50,089 nt of DNA from an uncultured Clostridium sp. (GTDB taxonomy: Bacteria > Bacillota > Clostridia > TANB77 > CAG-508). Position 1 is the stretch's first letter; each line of letters begins with the position of its first letter. The notes beneath the pieces were generated by a model. The model saw only the letters and a list, made by a program, of their open reading frames with translations. It was not told where the DNA came from and did not search any database. The position numbers and the translations under genes were made by a program. Shown here piece after piece: positions 27,570-37,429 of the stretch. The DNA lies in the NCBI GenBank assembly GCA_964620415.1, contig CAZUHD010000002.1, positions 1 to 50,089 of the forward strand, in the 5' to 3' direction.

Positions 27570-30183
27570 TATGACTATTTCCTTCTACTCTATTATTTTT
27601 GTCATTATTTTTTCTTATATCTTTTAATATACTGTCAACATCTACTGTTCTAAGAAAGTTGAAAACTGCTCCTTCTGTTGAATCATTTAGATTATTATCT
27701 CCTAAATTTGCATAAGGATTTGGATTTGGCGAATATCTCCTTCTTTCATCTCTCTTATTTCTCTGCTTTTTCTCCTTATTTTTTGATTTGTCAAGTTTTT
27801 CTAATAATTTTTTTATTTTTTCATATAAATCATCTCCGAGAATTTGTCTTGTTCCTTCTGGATCTTTATCAATTGCTTTTTGAATTACTAGTGCTTGTTC
27901 TGCTAATTTTGTATCTATTGCACTATCTGTTAATACTTTTCTTAGTTTATTTTTCTCTTCCTTGGTAATATTTTGTGAACTATTTATTGAGTTTAATTTT
28001 TCATTAATTGCAAATTTTTCATCTTGTTGTAAAACATCTTTCTTTTTCAAAAAAAGCGTTGAAGCAGCGATCTTTAATCTTGTTCCCATATCAATTGCAG
28101 ATCCTGATGATTCTCTTACATTCTTTATTGCCTCTCGTCTTGCTGCTGCTTCTGAAATTCCTTTTTCTTTTTTCTTCTCATCGTCATCCTGTTTTTCAAC
28201 AGTTCTAAGACGTTTTTCAGCAAGTTGGCTCACGTTTTCTTTACCACTTGTAATTGTTGGATTTTCATAATTTTGTGTCATTGTTTTTCTCTTTTCTAGC
28301 AATTTTTTAGCCATCATAATCATGTTTGCAAAAGACTCAGGATCTACATCTGGATTCGATTCTACCATTGTTCTCATCATTCCTCTAAACTCTGGATCGT
28401 TCAATTGATGAATTGTATCATCTGAAGCCATAGCTGCACTTTCTTGTAATCCTGTTTCGGAACTAGATTGGACACCAATACTTTCATTTTTTAATAAGTC
28501 ATTTAATTCCTTTAATTTTGCATACATTCCCATAGTAAGACCTGCACCAAAAGCCCTCGTCCTCAAATCCGAGAAACGTCTATGTTCTAAAAATTCTGGC
28601 AAAGCTCTAGGCATACGTCTATATACACCAAAATTTCCAGCATTTTTAAGGTAATGGTAAATATTTTCTTTAGCAAAAAATCTATTTCCTTGTTCTCCTA
28701 ATAAATCTATTTCTGGTGGTCTAATTTTTCTTCTATTTCCACTTCTAAGTATAGTCTCTGGGTTTGAATCTATCTGTTTTATTACATCATTATAAAAGTT
28801 GCTGTCTAATCTACGTACATTTAATGTTAGTTTTTTAGGATTATTAAGTTTGTTGACATGTGAATAATTTTCACCTAATGCTGACTCTGTAGACACATTA
28901 ATGGCATTTACACTCTCTCCTTGTTCATTTAATTCTGCATCACTTGCTTCCAGTGCATTTAATGTTGTACCTTCTGGTGCATTAAGACTATTATTTATAT
29001 CTCCCCCTCGTATATTTGAGCCTTCTATTGCATTAAGACTATTATTTACATCTTCTCCTCGTATATTTAATGTCGTACCTTCTGGTGCATTAAGACTATT
29101 ATTTATATCTCCTTCTCGTATATTTAATGTCGTACCTTCTGGTGCATTAAGACTATTATTTACATCTTCTCCTCGTATATTTAATGTCGTACCTTTTGAT
29201 TCATCAAGACTATTATTTATATCTCCTCCTCGTATATTTGAGCCTTCTATTGCATTAAGACTATTATTTACATCTTCTCCTCGTATATTTAATGTCGTAC
29301 CTTCTGGTGCATTAAGACTATTATTTATATCTCCTCCTCGTATATTTGAGCCTTCTATTGCATCAAGACTATTATTTACATCTCCTTCTCGTATATTTAA
29401 TGTTGTACCTTTTGGTAAATTACTATTTATATTCTCCCCTCGTATATTTAATGTTGTACCTTCTGGTGCATTAAGACTATTATTTATATCTCCCCCTCGT
29501 ATATTTGAGCCTCCAATTGCATTAAGACTATTATTTACATCTCCTTCTAGTGCATTTGGTTCTGCTGGTGCATTAAGTCTGTTTATATTTTTTCCATGTA
29601 AATTTAGCTTTGCATTGAGTTTATTTACATTTAAACCAAGTGTTGAATCTTGAGGTCTATTACTATTATTTTCTAGTGCTAACGTAAATCTCTTTCCTCC
29701 ATTTATTTCGCCATTATCAAAAGTTCCTAACTCCATTGGACCAGATATTTTTATTTTTTGTCCTTTATTAATAAAGTTTTCCAAGTTTTGTCTCTCTTGA
29801 TTTAAATAATTTGCATTCAATATATTAACATCTGCAGCAGTTCCAATGTTTTTATCTACAGCAATAGAGCCATTTAGACCTATTTCTCCCTCTATTCTAA
29901 TTTTGCTAGCATTAAAGTTTTCTCCCTTATAGTCCTTGTTCTGTTCAGTTGAAACATTTTCTTGTTGTTTAGCAATCTCCTCATTTGGATCAAGTTTTGG
30001 CACCTCACTTGGTTGAGCTTTATTAGCACTTCCACTTCCTAAAAGTGTCGTTTTATCTTGTGTATGTGTTCCTGTTATATTTTGTATCATAACTTTAGTT
30101 ATAGCACTAGCCGCCGACATAGTTACCTTAATAATTCCTATTGCCGTTCCTAAATATAAAAATGCTATTATAAATAAATTCAT
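27562..30183 (-). CDS. 873-aa N-terminally anchored protein with about 14 tandem 17/19-aa repeats and a K/E-rich helical C-terminus
   Basis: N-terminal hydrophobic helix. Repeats alternate as DINNSLNAPEGTTLNIRGE (19 aa) and DVNNSLNAIEGSNIRGG (17 aa). No recognised family. Confidence 0.7.
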   Translation of the reverse strand: MNLFIIAFLYLGTAIGIIKVTMSAASAITKVMIQNITGTHTQDKTTLLGSGSANKAQPSEVPKLDPNEEIAKQQENVSTEQNKDYKGENFNASKIRIEGEIGLNGSIAVDKNIGTAADVNILNANYLNQERQNLENFINKGQKIKISGPMELGTFDNGEINGGKRFTLALENNSNRPQDSTLGLNVNKLNAKLNLHGKNINRLNAPAEPNALEGDVNNSLNAIGGSNIRGGDINNSLNAPEGTTLNIRGENINSNLPKGTTLNIREGDVNNSLDAIEGSNIRGGDINNSLNAPEGTTLNIRGEDVNNSLNAIEGSNIRGGDINNSLDESKGTTLNIRGEDVNNSLNAPEGTTLNIREGDINNSLNAPEGTTLNIRGEDVNNSLNAIEGSNIRGGDINNSLNAPEGTTLNALEASDAELNEQGESVNAINVSTESALGENYSHVNKLNNPKKLTLNVRRLDSNFYNDVIKQIDSNPETILRSGNRRKIRPPEIDLLGEQGNRFFAKENIYHYLKNAGNFGVYRRMPRALPEFLEHRRFSDLRTRAFGAGLTMGMYAKLKELNDLLKNESIGVQSSSETGLQESAAMASDDTIHQLNDPEFRGMMRTMVESNPDVDPESFANMIMMAKKLLEKRKTMTQNYENPTITSGKENVSQLAEKRLRTVEKQDDDEKKKEKGISEAAARREAIKNVRESSGSAIDMGTRLKIAASTLFLKKKDVLQQDEKFAINEKLNSINSSQNITKEEKNKLRKVLTDSAIDTKLAEQALVIQKAIDKDPEGTRQILGDDLYEKIKKLLEKLDKSKNKEKKQRNKRDERRRYSPNPNPYANLGDNNLNDSTEGAVFNFLRTVDVDSILKDIRKNNDKNNRVEGNSHNV
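28948..29565. repeat. Coding tandem repeat array of 51- and 57-nt units
   Basis: Near-identical units are visible in the plus-strand sequence, for example TAAGACTATTATTTACATCTTCTCCTCGTATATTTAATGTCGTACCTTCTGGTGCAT. The + ORF 28901..29653 is a shadow of this array. Confidence 0.85.
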
Positions 30184-30196
30184 CTCTTCCTCCTAT

Positions 30197-31954
30197 TTAT
30201 ACAATAACTTCAAGCATTATCCTTGCCACTATTGCAAGTACTACCTGAATTAAAGAAATTACGAAATATGTCATAAACCATTGTTTAAATGGTACTAAAC
30301 TCGCATCTTGTGATTTGAATATATATACAAGGACGAGCCAGAACCCCATAATTGAAGCAAACATCAATATGAAAGATCTTACAAACATTCCTACTGCTAA
30401 AATACAATTAGCTAATGCCATTAAAAGATATATTACACCATATGCTAATTTTTTTAAACATAAATAAATATTATCAAGTCCTGCCATATATCTAACATAT
30501 CCTGTTGGTGTCGTGCTAAATGAATATAAATTTTCAACCGTAACTCTTATTGGTCCTTCATATTTATTTCCACCAGTTTCTGATGCAGTATCCTGGAGTA
30601 TTACTTCTGATAAATAAAGACACATTGCTTCTAAAAAAAGTATACTAAATAATAAAATAAGTGATATTACCAGTTTTCTTAATGCCACCCTATGTTTATT
30701 TTGTTCATTTATATTTCCACTAATTGATGCTCTAGATATTCCAACACCATGCCATATTGTTGCTGTAAATATTAAACCTGCTGCTATATACATTAGTCCA
30801 TGTATTATCGAGGCTACGAAATTAACTACGCCATTAAATATTCCTCGTTCTTCGCCTTCTTGTCTTTCAAAGAAATTAGTTTTAATTGAATCCACTTTAT
30901 TTGCTGCTAATGTATATATATCTGTTGCTATCACTGGTATAGGTGTATTTTCTGTAAAATTATGATTTTCTCCATCTATATCTGCTTGTCCTATAAACTT
31001 ACTCACTTTTGTATTTCCACTACTGTCAGTTGAACCTGAGCCACCTTCTGATATTCTTTTAAAATTTAAATAACTATTTATATTTAATGGATCATCAAAT
31101 GGATTATCATATTGGGGTATAATCGTACCTACTGCTTCTGTTTTAACTGTACCTTTCCCATCATTAGTAGTTCCTTCTGCATTTTCTATTTCCGTTGGTG
31201 TTTGCATTAATTCTATTTTTCCAAGTGTCCATGTTTGTGCAAAATTTGCAAGTTCTTGTAATCCATCTCCAAGAGATATTATCCAATTAGCCAAAGCTGT
31301 TATTGCATTTTCTTTTGCATGTGATAAAAAGTCTTTTATTTCCTTAGTTTTATCTTTTGCTTGTGACAATAATGAATCATCTGGATCAGCATATCCTGAA
31401 GCAGAATCATTTCCTAAATCTAAGTCATTTATTTTGTCAATATCTCCCCCAGTAGCAATTACATTAACTTTCCATCTATACCTTCCTGGTTCTTTTACCT
31501 CTTCAACATTCATTGCAATATCCCACATAGCTCCATCTTGTAATCCAGATATAGTATTTCCTTTATCATCAAATAATTTTATCCCCTCTTCATATCCAAA
31601 TAACGATCTTAATTGATCCATACTATATTTTTTTTTAACAAGTTCCATCCATTTTATCCACTTATTTCCTAACTTAACATTCCACATTGAACCAGATAAT
31701 GGCTCTTTTATTGTAACTGTTGTTTTTATATTTATTTTAGACTTAAATTCTTCGGCTTCATAGCCAAACCATTCATTAAAATTCTTCAAAACATCTTTTT
31801 TACTATAATAAGCATTTGTATCTTCACTAATTATCGTATTAATTAAATCTAAATCTCCATCATTTAATGTTATCCATGCTCCATAGCTTTTTCCACATCC
31901 TAACATTATAAATAATATTACAAATATTAAAATTACATATATTCTTTTTTTCAC
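30197..31954 (-). CDS. VirB6-like candidate, paralog 4: signal peptide, variable ectodomain, conserved C-terminal polytopic domain
   Basis: 585 aa. Shares IPVIATDIYTLAANKVD, NFFE, VASIIHGLMYIAAGL, EGPIRV and FSTTPTGYVRYM blocks plus 5-6 C-terminal TM helices with its three neighbours. Confidence 0.55.
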   Translation of the reverse strand: MKKRIYVILIFVILFIMLGCGKSYGAWITLNDGDLDLINTIISEDTNAYYSKKDVLKNFNEWFGYEAEEFKSKINIKTTVTIKEPLSGSMWNVKLGNKWIKWMELVKKKYSMDQLRSLFGYEEGIKLFDDKGNTISGLQDGAMWDIAMNVEEVKEPGRYRWKVNVIATGGDIDKINDLDLGNDSASGYADPDDSLLSQAKDKTKEIKDFLSHAKENAITALANWIISLGDGLQELANFAQTWTLGKIELMQTPTEIENAEGTTNDGKGTVKTEAVGTIIPQYDNPFDDPLNINSYLNFKRISEGGSGSTDSSGNTKVSKFIGQADIDGENHNFTENTPIPVIATDIYTLAANKVDSIKTNFFERQEGEERGIFNGVVNFVASIIHGLMYIAAGLIFTATIWHGVGISRASISGNINEQNKHRVALRKLVISLILLFSILFLEAMCLYLSEVILQDTASETGGNKYEGPIRVTVENLYSFSTTPTGYVRYMAGLDNIYLCLKKLAYGVIYLLMALANCILAVGMFVRSFILMFASIMGFWLVLVYIFKSQDASLVPFKQWFMTYFVISLIQVVLAIVARIMLEVIV

Positions 31955-31991
31955 ATACTGTTCCTCCTTGCTTAATATTTATAATACAATT

Positions 31992-33770
31992 TTACTTTAT
32001 GCCAATATCTATTATTATTCTTACAACTCCAGCCAAAGCAACCTGTATCAATGTAAATACTAAATATGTTGTCATACATGATTTATATTGTCTTAATGCT
32101 ACCTCTTCATCTTTACAGAAAAGATAATATACTACTATAAAGAAGGAAATCGCTGCAAGCCCCATCATTATAATCATTCTTACAAACATAGCAATCAAAA
32201 ATAAAGCATTTGCAATTACTGTAATTGTATACCATAAAAGATACATTCCCTTTTTCCCTACAAGTGCATCATTATTTATTTCTGACATATATCTAAAATA
32301 TCCTGTTGGTGTTGTACTAAAACTATAACCTGTTTCTCCTTCTTGCATTTCCACATAAACTCTTATTGGACCTTCAAGCGAAGTGTCTTCTGAATCTATA
32401 AAATATCCTAAAAACATCTCATTAGAATATATACATAATGCTTCAAATAATATAGTTCCAATTAATAATGTAAAACCTTTAAATACTCTTTGCGTTCGTT
32501 CTCTACTTTTCATTTCTGCATTAACTGAATTTTGAGTTATAGAACCTTTGACTAAAATTACGCCATTATATATAAGTGCTACCATCATACATCCAATTGC
32601 TACATACATTGTTGCATGCACAATTGAAGCTATTATATTTCTTAATGATAACCATAAATCAGATTTATTCCCTGTTTTTTCAAAAAAGTTAGCATCTATA
32701 TAGCTTACTTTATTACTTGCTAAAGTAAATAAATCTGTACTAATAAAAGGTATTTCAGTTTCATCTTTTGAAAATTCATAATTTACTGTTTCTGTTGAGC
32801 CATCTATTGGATCTGTTGTTGTGATTCCTGCTGGTATAACTATATATTTTTGATTTGGTTTATGTTCCCCTTCTCCACCTTTTTTATACATAACATAATT
32901 ATTTACATTTCCTGCTAATGCATCTACTGTTCCTTGTTCTTCTGCTGATATTTCTTCATTTTTTATTTTTTCTAAAGCAGCTGGTGTATATCCTACACTA
33001 CCCCACCCTGATTGAAGAGAATTAACCATCATTTGTATTAAATCTGGGACTAATCTGAGAATATTAAGCAATAATTTCCATAATCCTGCTAATCCGTCAC
33101 TAGTTTCTACTGATGTTTCTTCCTCTTCTGTTTTAGGAGGATTTCCAATATCTACTACCGTTCCCGTGCCACTTATTTCATCTTTCGATGTCCATCCTGA
33201 ATATACATCTGTAACTTCAATTTTATATGTTTTTTTATTTCCTTCTTCTTGACCTGTATAAGGAACAGTAGCAACTATCGTAATATCCCACTGAGGAGAA
33301 GATTCTAATTCTGCTTCACTTAAGGGTCCACATAGTCTATCTCGTATTTGTTCAAAGGAAGTATATTTCACACCATCGTTTCCGCTACTAACTAACCCAA
33401 CATTCATGTTATCAACATGATGGTTTCCTATTATTACATTATAAACATTTGCTCCAGATACTTTACTACATGTAACTGTTGTGTGTAATACTATTTTAGT
33501 TGTTAATGGATTTGCACTTTCAATTCCATCAGTATAAGCAGTTTGTCTATTAATATATCCGCCTATATATACATTCTGCATATATTCATTTATTATATTT
33601 ACTATGTTTCCTTTCTTATTTTTTAATTCTTCCTCTTTTGTATAATCAAATTGTAATAAAGTCCATCTATCTGATGTGCCTAGTCCTCCATCTGCAAATG
33701 AATCATTTTTTAATCCCAATATAGAAAGAAGCAATACTATTATAAAAATTTTATATTTAAATGTTTTCAA
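31992..33770 (-). CDS. VirB6-like candidate, paralog 3
   Basis: 592 aa. IPFISTDLFTLASNKVSYIDANFFE, IASIVHATMYVAIG, EGPIRVYV and FSTTPTGYFRYM. Confidence 0.55.
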   Translation of the reverse strand: MKTFKYKIFIIVLLLSILGLKNDSFADGGLGTSDRWTLLQFDYTKEEELKNKKGNIVNIINEYMQNVYIGGYINRQTAYTDGIESANPLTTKIVLHTTVTCSKVSGANVYNVIIGNHHVDNMNVGLVSSGNDGVKYTSFEQIRDRLCGPLSEAELESSPQWDITIVATVPYTGQEEGNKKTYKIEVTDVYSGWTSKDEISGTGTVVDIGNPPKTEEEETSVETSDGLAGLWKLLLNILRLVPDLIQMMVNSLQSGWGSVGYTPAALEKIKNEEISAEEQGTVDALAGNVNNYVMYKKGGEGEHKPNQKYIVIPAGITTTDPIDGSTETVNYEFSKDETEIPFISTDLFTLASNKVSYIDANFFEKTGNKSDLWLSLRNIIASIVHATMYVAIGCMMVALIYNGVILVKGSITQNSVNAEMKSRERTQRVFKGFTLLIGTILFEALCIYSNEMFLGYFIDSEDTSLEGPIRVYVEMQEGETGYSFSTTPTGYFRYMSEINNDALVGKKGMYLLWYTITVIANALFLIAMFVRMIIMMGLAAISFFIVVYYLFCKDEEVALRQYKSCMTTYLVFTLIQVALAGVVRIIIDIGIK

Positions 33771-33791
33771 ATATTGTTCCTCCTATCTTTT

Positions 33792-35633
33792 TTAATTCAC
33801 CTTTATTCCTTCTAACAGAAATCTTGCAATTATTGCTACAACTACCTGTATCAATGATAAACCTGCAAATGATGTAATCCATTTCCTATATTCCATTGTA
33901 TTTGCAGTGCTAGATTGTAAAACAAATTTCAGTACTAACCAAAAATGGAGTATTGCAAGTGCCATCATAACTATCATCCTTCCTACCATACCAATTGCAC
34001 ATAATAAATTTGATATTGAAAGTATTAAATATGCTCCAACAAACAATGCTTTTGTTTGATATAATTCTACATTAGTTATATCTGCCATATATCTAAAATA
34101 CCCTGTTGGTGTTGTACTAAAACTAGTTTCGCCATTTTTAGTTTTTGTTATAATTTTTATGGGACCTTCATATGTATCTTGCATTGCAACTTCACCTAAT
34201 ATCATATCACTTGCATACAAACAAATCGCTTCTAGAAAAATTGTTCCTACTAGCATTATTAGTCCTGTTACAAATTTTTCCATGCCCTTTATTTTTTTTG
34301 CTTTTTCTTGTGGTGTTTGATAAGTACGTGACACAATTTGTATTCCATAAATTATAATCCCAGTTGTTAGAAATGCAATTGTAATATACATAAGTCCATG
34401 AATAACAGAAGCCACAAAATTTCTTATAGTTAACCAAACTTCATTCTCATTTCCCGTTTTTACTAGGAAATTTGCTTTTGCTAAATCAACTTTATTTGCT
34501 GCTATTGTATATAAATCTACTGCTATTACTGGTATTTCAGTTTCTTTAACATATCCATATTTATAAAAATAGTTTTTTTCTGTATCATCAATTACAAGTT
34601 CTTTTTGTCCAATATAGTTATTTTTATTATTTAGATCTACATATCCGTCCAATTTAGTATGATCAGCTTCTGTTTCAGTACCTGTCGACTTTTTAGTTCC
34701 AGTTATTTGTTCCCTGGTATATGTTACATCCCAGTGTTGCCAACCTGTTTGGAATAAATTAGCCATACTTTGGAAGAGATCACCAATGCCCTTTATAATG
34801 TCAAGACATATAGTTAAAATAGTTTTTACTGGACTGTCATACATCTGTTCACAAAATAACTTGAATTCGTCTGTTATATTGTCCGCAGCATATTGACCAG
34901 CTGCCTCAAATGGGTTGGAAGGAACTCCTGGTACTCCTTGAACGTCCCCTCCATTTTGTTCGTTTCCGTTTTGTTCGTTTCCCCCATTCGGATTATCTTC
35001 TCCATTTGAATCATTCGGCTGATTGTTCATTAAATCATTTATAAAATCTTTTGCTTGTTCTCCAGTTAATACTTGTGTAGCCTTGACTCTATAAACATCT
35101 TGAGGAAAAAAACTTGCGCCATCAGTACATTTTATTACAATATCCCATGATAATTCATTTCCCTGTTTTATATATTCTTCAATTTCTTCCCTACTATTAA
35201 AATGTACAGTTTCTCCATTTTGATTTTTTAGATCCAGACTATCTTCAAAGCCATAATCTTTTTCTAAATTTCGCCACGTTTCACTTTTATTCGTAATTGG
35301 AAACATATCTGGAAGTACATAATCATCTTTATTATTATTTTCATTATAATTTCCATCGCCCAAAGTAACCTGTACCTTATTGTTCTCACTATTACCTTTA
35401 ATTGTAGCTTCTGTAATAACAGTTATATCCCCTGTAACTTGATCTACTCTTACATCACCATATCTTTTTCTTAAATGTTCTGTTATTTGATGATCGTTTG
35501 TATCCTCACCTTGAATAAAAGTTGTTTGGTATAGAACTATATCGCTGTCTATTTCAACTCCTAAGCTTGTATTAATGCCTATTAATATAAATAATATTAC
35601 AAATATTAAAATTTTATTTATTCGTTTTTTCAC
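33792..35633 (-). CDS. VirB6-like candidate, paralog 2
   Basis: 613 aa. IPVIAVDLYTIAANKVDLAKANF, VASVIHGLMYITIA, EGPIKI and FSTTPTGYFRYM. Has a Gly/Asn/Gln-rich linker (NPNGGNEQNGNEQNGG). Confidence 0.55.
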   Translation of the reverse strand: MKKRINKILIFVILFILIGINTSLGVEIDSDIVLYQTTFIQGEDTNDHQITEHLRKRYGDVRVDQVTGDITVITEATIKGNSENNKVQVTLGDGNYNENNNKDDYVLPDMFPITNKSETWRNLEKDYGFEDSLDLKNQNGETVHFNSREEIEEYIKQGNELSWDIVIKCTDGASFFPQDVYRVKATQVLTGEQAKDFINDLMNNQPNDSNGEDNPNGGNEQNGNEQNGGDVQGVPGVPSNPFEAAGQYAADNITDEFKLFCEQMYDSPVKTILTICLDIIKGIGDLFQSMANLFQTGWQHWDVTYTREQITGTKKSTGTETEADHTKLDGYVDLNNKNNYIGQKELVIDDTEKNYFYKYGYVKETEIPVIAVDLYTIAANKVDLAKANFLVKTGNENEVWLTIRNFVASVIHGLMYITIAFLTTGIIIYGIQIVSRTYQTPQEKAKKIKGMEKFVTGLIMLVGTIFLEAICLYASDMILGEVAMQDTYEGPIKIITKTKNGETSFSTTPTGYFRYMADITNVELYQTKALFVGAYLILSISNLLCAIGMVGRMIVMMALAILHFWLVLKFVLQSSTANTMEYRKWITSFAGLSLIQVVVAIIARFLLEGIKVN

Positions 35634-35676
35634 ATATAGTTCCTCCTTACTTAATATTTATAATAATTTTATATTT

Positions 35677-37428
35677 CTAGTGAAATATAAGCGATACTAT
35701 TCTTTCAATAAGTACAAGCAAAATTGGCATCCATACTAATATATTATATATCTTAAACCAATTTGCAAAATGAAAAACGCCTTTTGCTTCTCCTTCTGAT
35801 TCTACATTAGATGTATATATTACAGTCAATGGTGCAAGTACTATAAAAAGTGCAATTGCAAACATTCTTATAATCATAATTACAAACCAAATCATACTAA
35901 TTATAGCTATCACACAATAAAATAGTGAGTATAATAATTTATACAACCCATTTGAGGTTAATGTTAAAGTTCTAACTGCTCCAACTATAGTTGTATTAAA
36001 TGAAAATCCTTCATTAACTACTAATCTTAGAGGATAATATACATCTTCTCCAAGAGATACCATAGAAAGAACTTCTTTATACAAATACAATATAAATATA
36101 ATTATAAAATATATAAAAACTAACAGTAGCACGTATTTAAGTAATGCATTTATTTTTTTTCTTGCATTTTTTGCTTTCTCTGGTCTTTGTGAATATGTTG
36201 CTATAACAAGCATTATACTTCTGAAAATAAGTATGGTTAAAATTAATGCAGCAGTGAAATACATCATTATTTTGCTACCATTTTTAACTACACTTCTAAC
36301 AAGTCCAAATAGTTTATTTGAATTTGTATTATCTTTGCTAAAAAAATCTATATCACATATATTTATTTTTGTTCTTGATAAAACAAATAAATCTGATGGA
36401 ATAATTGGTACGCTTGTAAAATTTTCAAATGTATTTGCATAATTTCCTGCTTGATTTACAAGCTTCATCGGCACTGTAAAAGTATATATTCCTCCCTTTT
36501 TGTTATTTTCTACTTGCAGTTGTGTGTTATCTTCTGGTTGCACCTCTGTATTATCATTCTTCGCATTATTTTTATTTTTCTTCTTTTCTTCATATATTTC
36601 TAATTGCAATGCTTCTTGTAAATCTGGTCTTGCATTTATATCCTCTTTTGTATAGATAGGAAATCCTTCTGGCATTTCCTCCAAACTTATGTTATATACT
36701 TCAGCTGTTAACAATTGTTCTATCAAATCTCCTAAAAATAGTAATGCTGTCGAAAGCACATTTACTAAAAGATTTCCTTCTGCTGTTTTCTTTATATTTG
36801 CTGGGAATTTGCCTGTGTCAGATACTAATATTTCTTTATCTGTAAATTTTTCAACCTTGTTTAATATACCTGCTGCCCCAGCTTCTTCATTAGTTCCTAC
36901 ATATGCAAAAATATATTGTGAATTATTTGTATCGCCACCTTGTTCATGGATAGTAGTACTACTAACAGCCCCTATTATTTTTCCCTTATAAATATTTTTG
37001 TCATTAGAGTAACGTTGATCAAATTGGAAATATATAGTTTCTCCTATTTTAAAACAATACATATCTTCTGTTTCTTCCGTTAATCCTAAAAGGGCAACAT
37101 AAGTTTCTTCTTTTTCTTTAAACTCATACCAACCATAATCTTCATTTCTTACTAATTGAAGGCTACTATATTTACTATCAATCGCTCCCCCAAGTTGTCC
37201 TGCACCTTGACTAGTATAAAATGGTGCTATTTTCCATGATTTCTCATATGAATCAATACTTCGTTTAGTTGTATCTGTAACTGCATCCCCTTCTGTTTCA
37301 TTATCTGCTAAACTGTAGTTTGTATATACATTAAGACTAGGGAATAAAAATATAAATAGTATAAAACATATGAATATTTTTTTTAAATTTAACGAATTTT
37401 TCATACATTTTTTATTCCCTTTCTTCAT
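35677..37428 (-). CDS. VirB6-like candidate, paralog 1 (most divergent)
   Basis: VPIIPSDLFVLSRTKINICDIDFF and GFSFNTTIVGAVRTL are degenerate versions of the family blocks, and the C-terminal TM bundle is present. I place the start at ATG 37428, one nt after the VirB4 stop. The exact start is uncertain (track: 37449). Confidence 0.5.
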   Translation of the reverse strand: MKKGNKKCMKNSLNLKKIFICFILFIFLFPSLNVYTNYSLADNETEGDAVTDTTKRSIDSYEKSWKIAPFYTSQGAGQLGGAIDSKYSSLQLVRNEDYGWYEFKEKEETYVALLGLTEETEDMYCFKIGETIYFQFDQRYSNDKNIYKGKIIGAVSSTTIHEQGGDTNNSQYIFAYVGTNEEAGAAGILNKVEKFTDKEILVSDTGKFPANIKKTAEGNLLVNVLSTALLFLGDLIEQLLTAEVYNISLEEMPEGFPIYTKEDINARPDLQEALQLEIYEEKKKNKNNAKNDNTEVQPEDNTQLQVENNKKGGIYTFTVPMKLVNQAGNYANTFENFTSVPIIPSDLFVLSRTKINICDIDFFSKDNTNSNKLFGLVRSVVKNGSKIMMYFTAALILTILIFRSIMLVIATYSQRPEKAKNARKKINALLKYVLLLVFIYFIIIFILYLYKEVLSMVSLGEDVYYPLRLVVNEGFSFNTTIVGAVRTLTLTSNGLYKLLYSLFYCVIAIISMIWFVIMIIRMFAIALFIVLAPLTVIYTSNVESEGEAKGVFHFANWFKIYNILVWMPILLVLIERIVSLIFH

Positions 37429-37429
37429 T

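Noticed and set aside
28948-29565. Regularly spaced repeats, considered as a possible CRISPR array
   Set aside because: The units are contiguous with no unique spacers. They are 51/57 nt long, in frame, and lie inside a long CDS. No cas genes are present.
28901-29653. 250-aa + strand ORF with its own perfect repeats (SGALRLLFISPPRIF...)
   Set aside because: It is a reverse-strand shadow of the 51/57-nt coding repeats of the 873-aa gene. It is open only because the repeat unit lacks stops in that frame.
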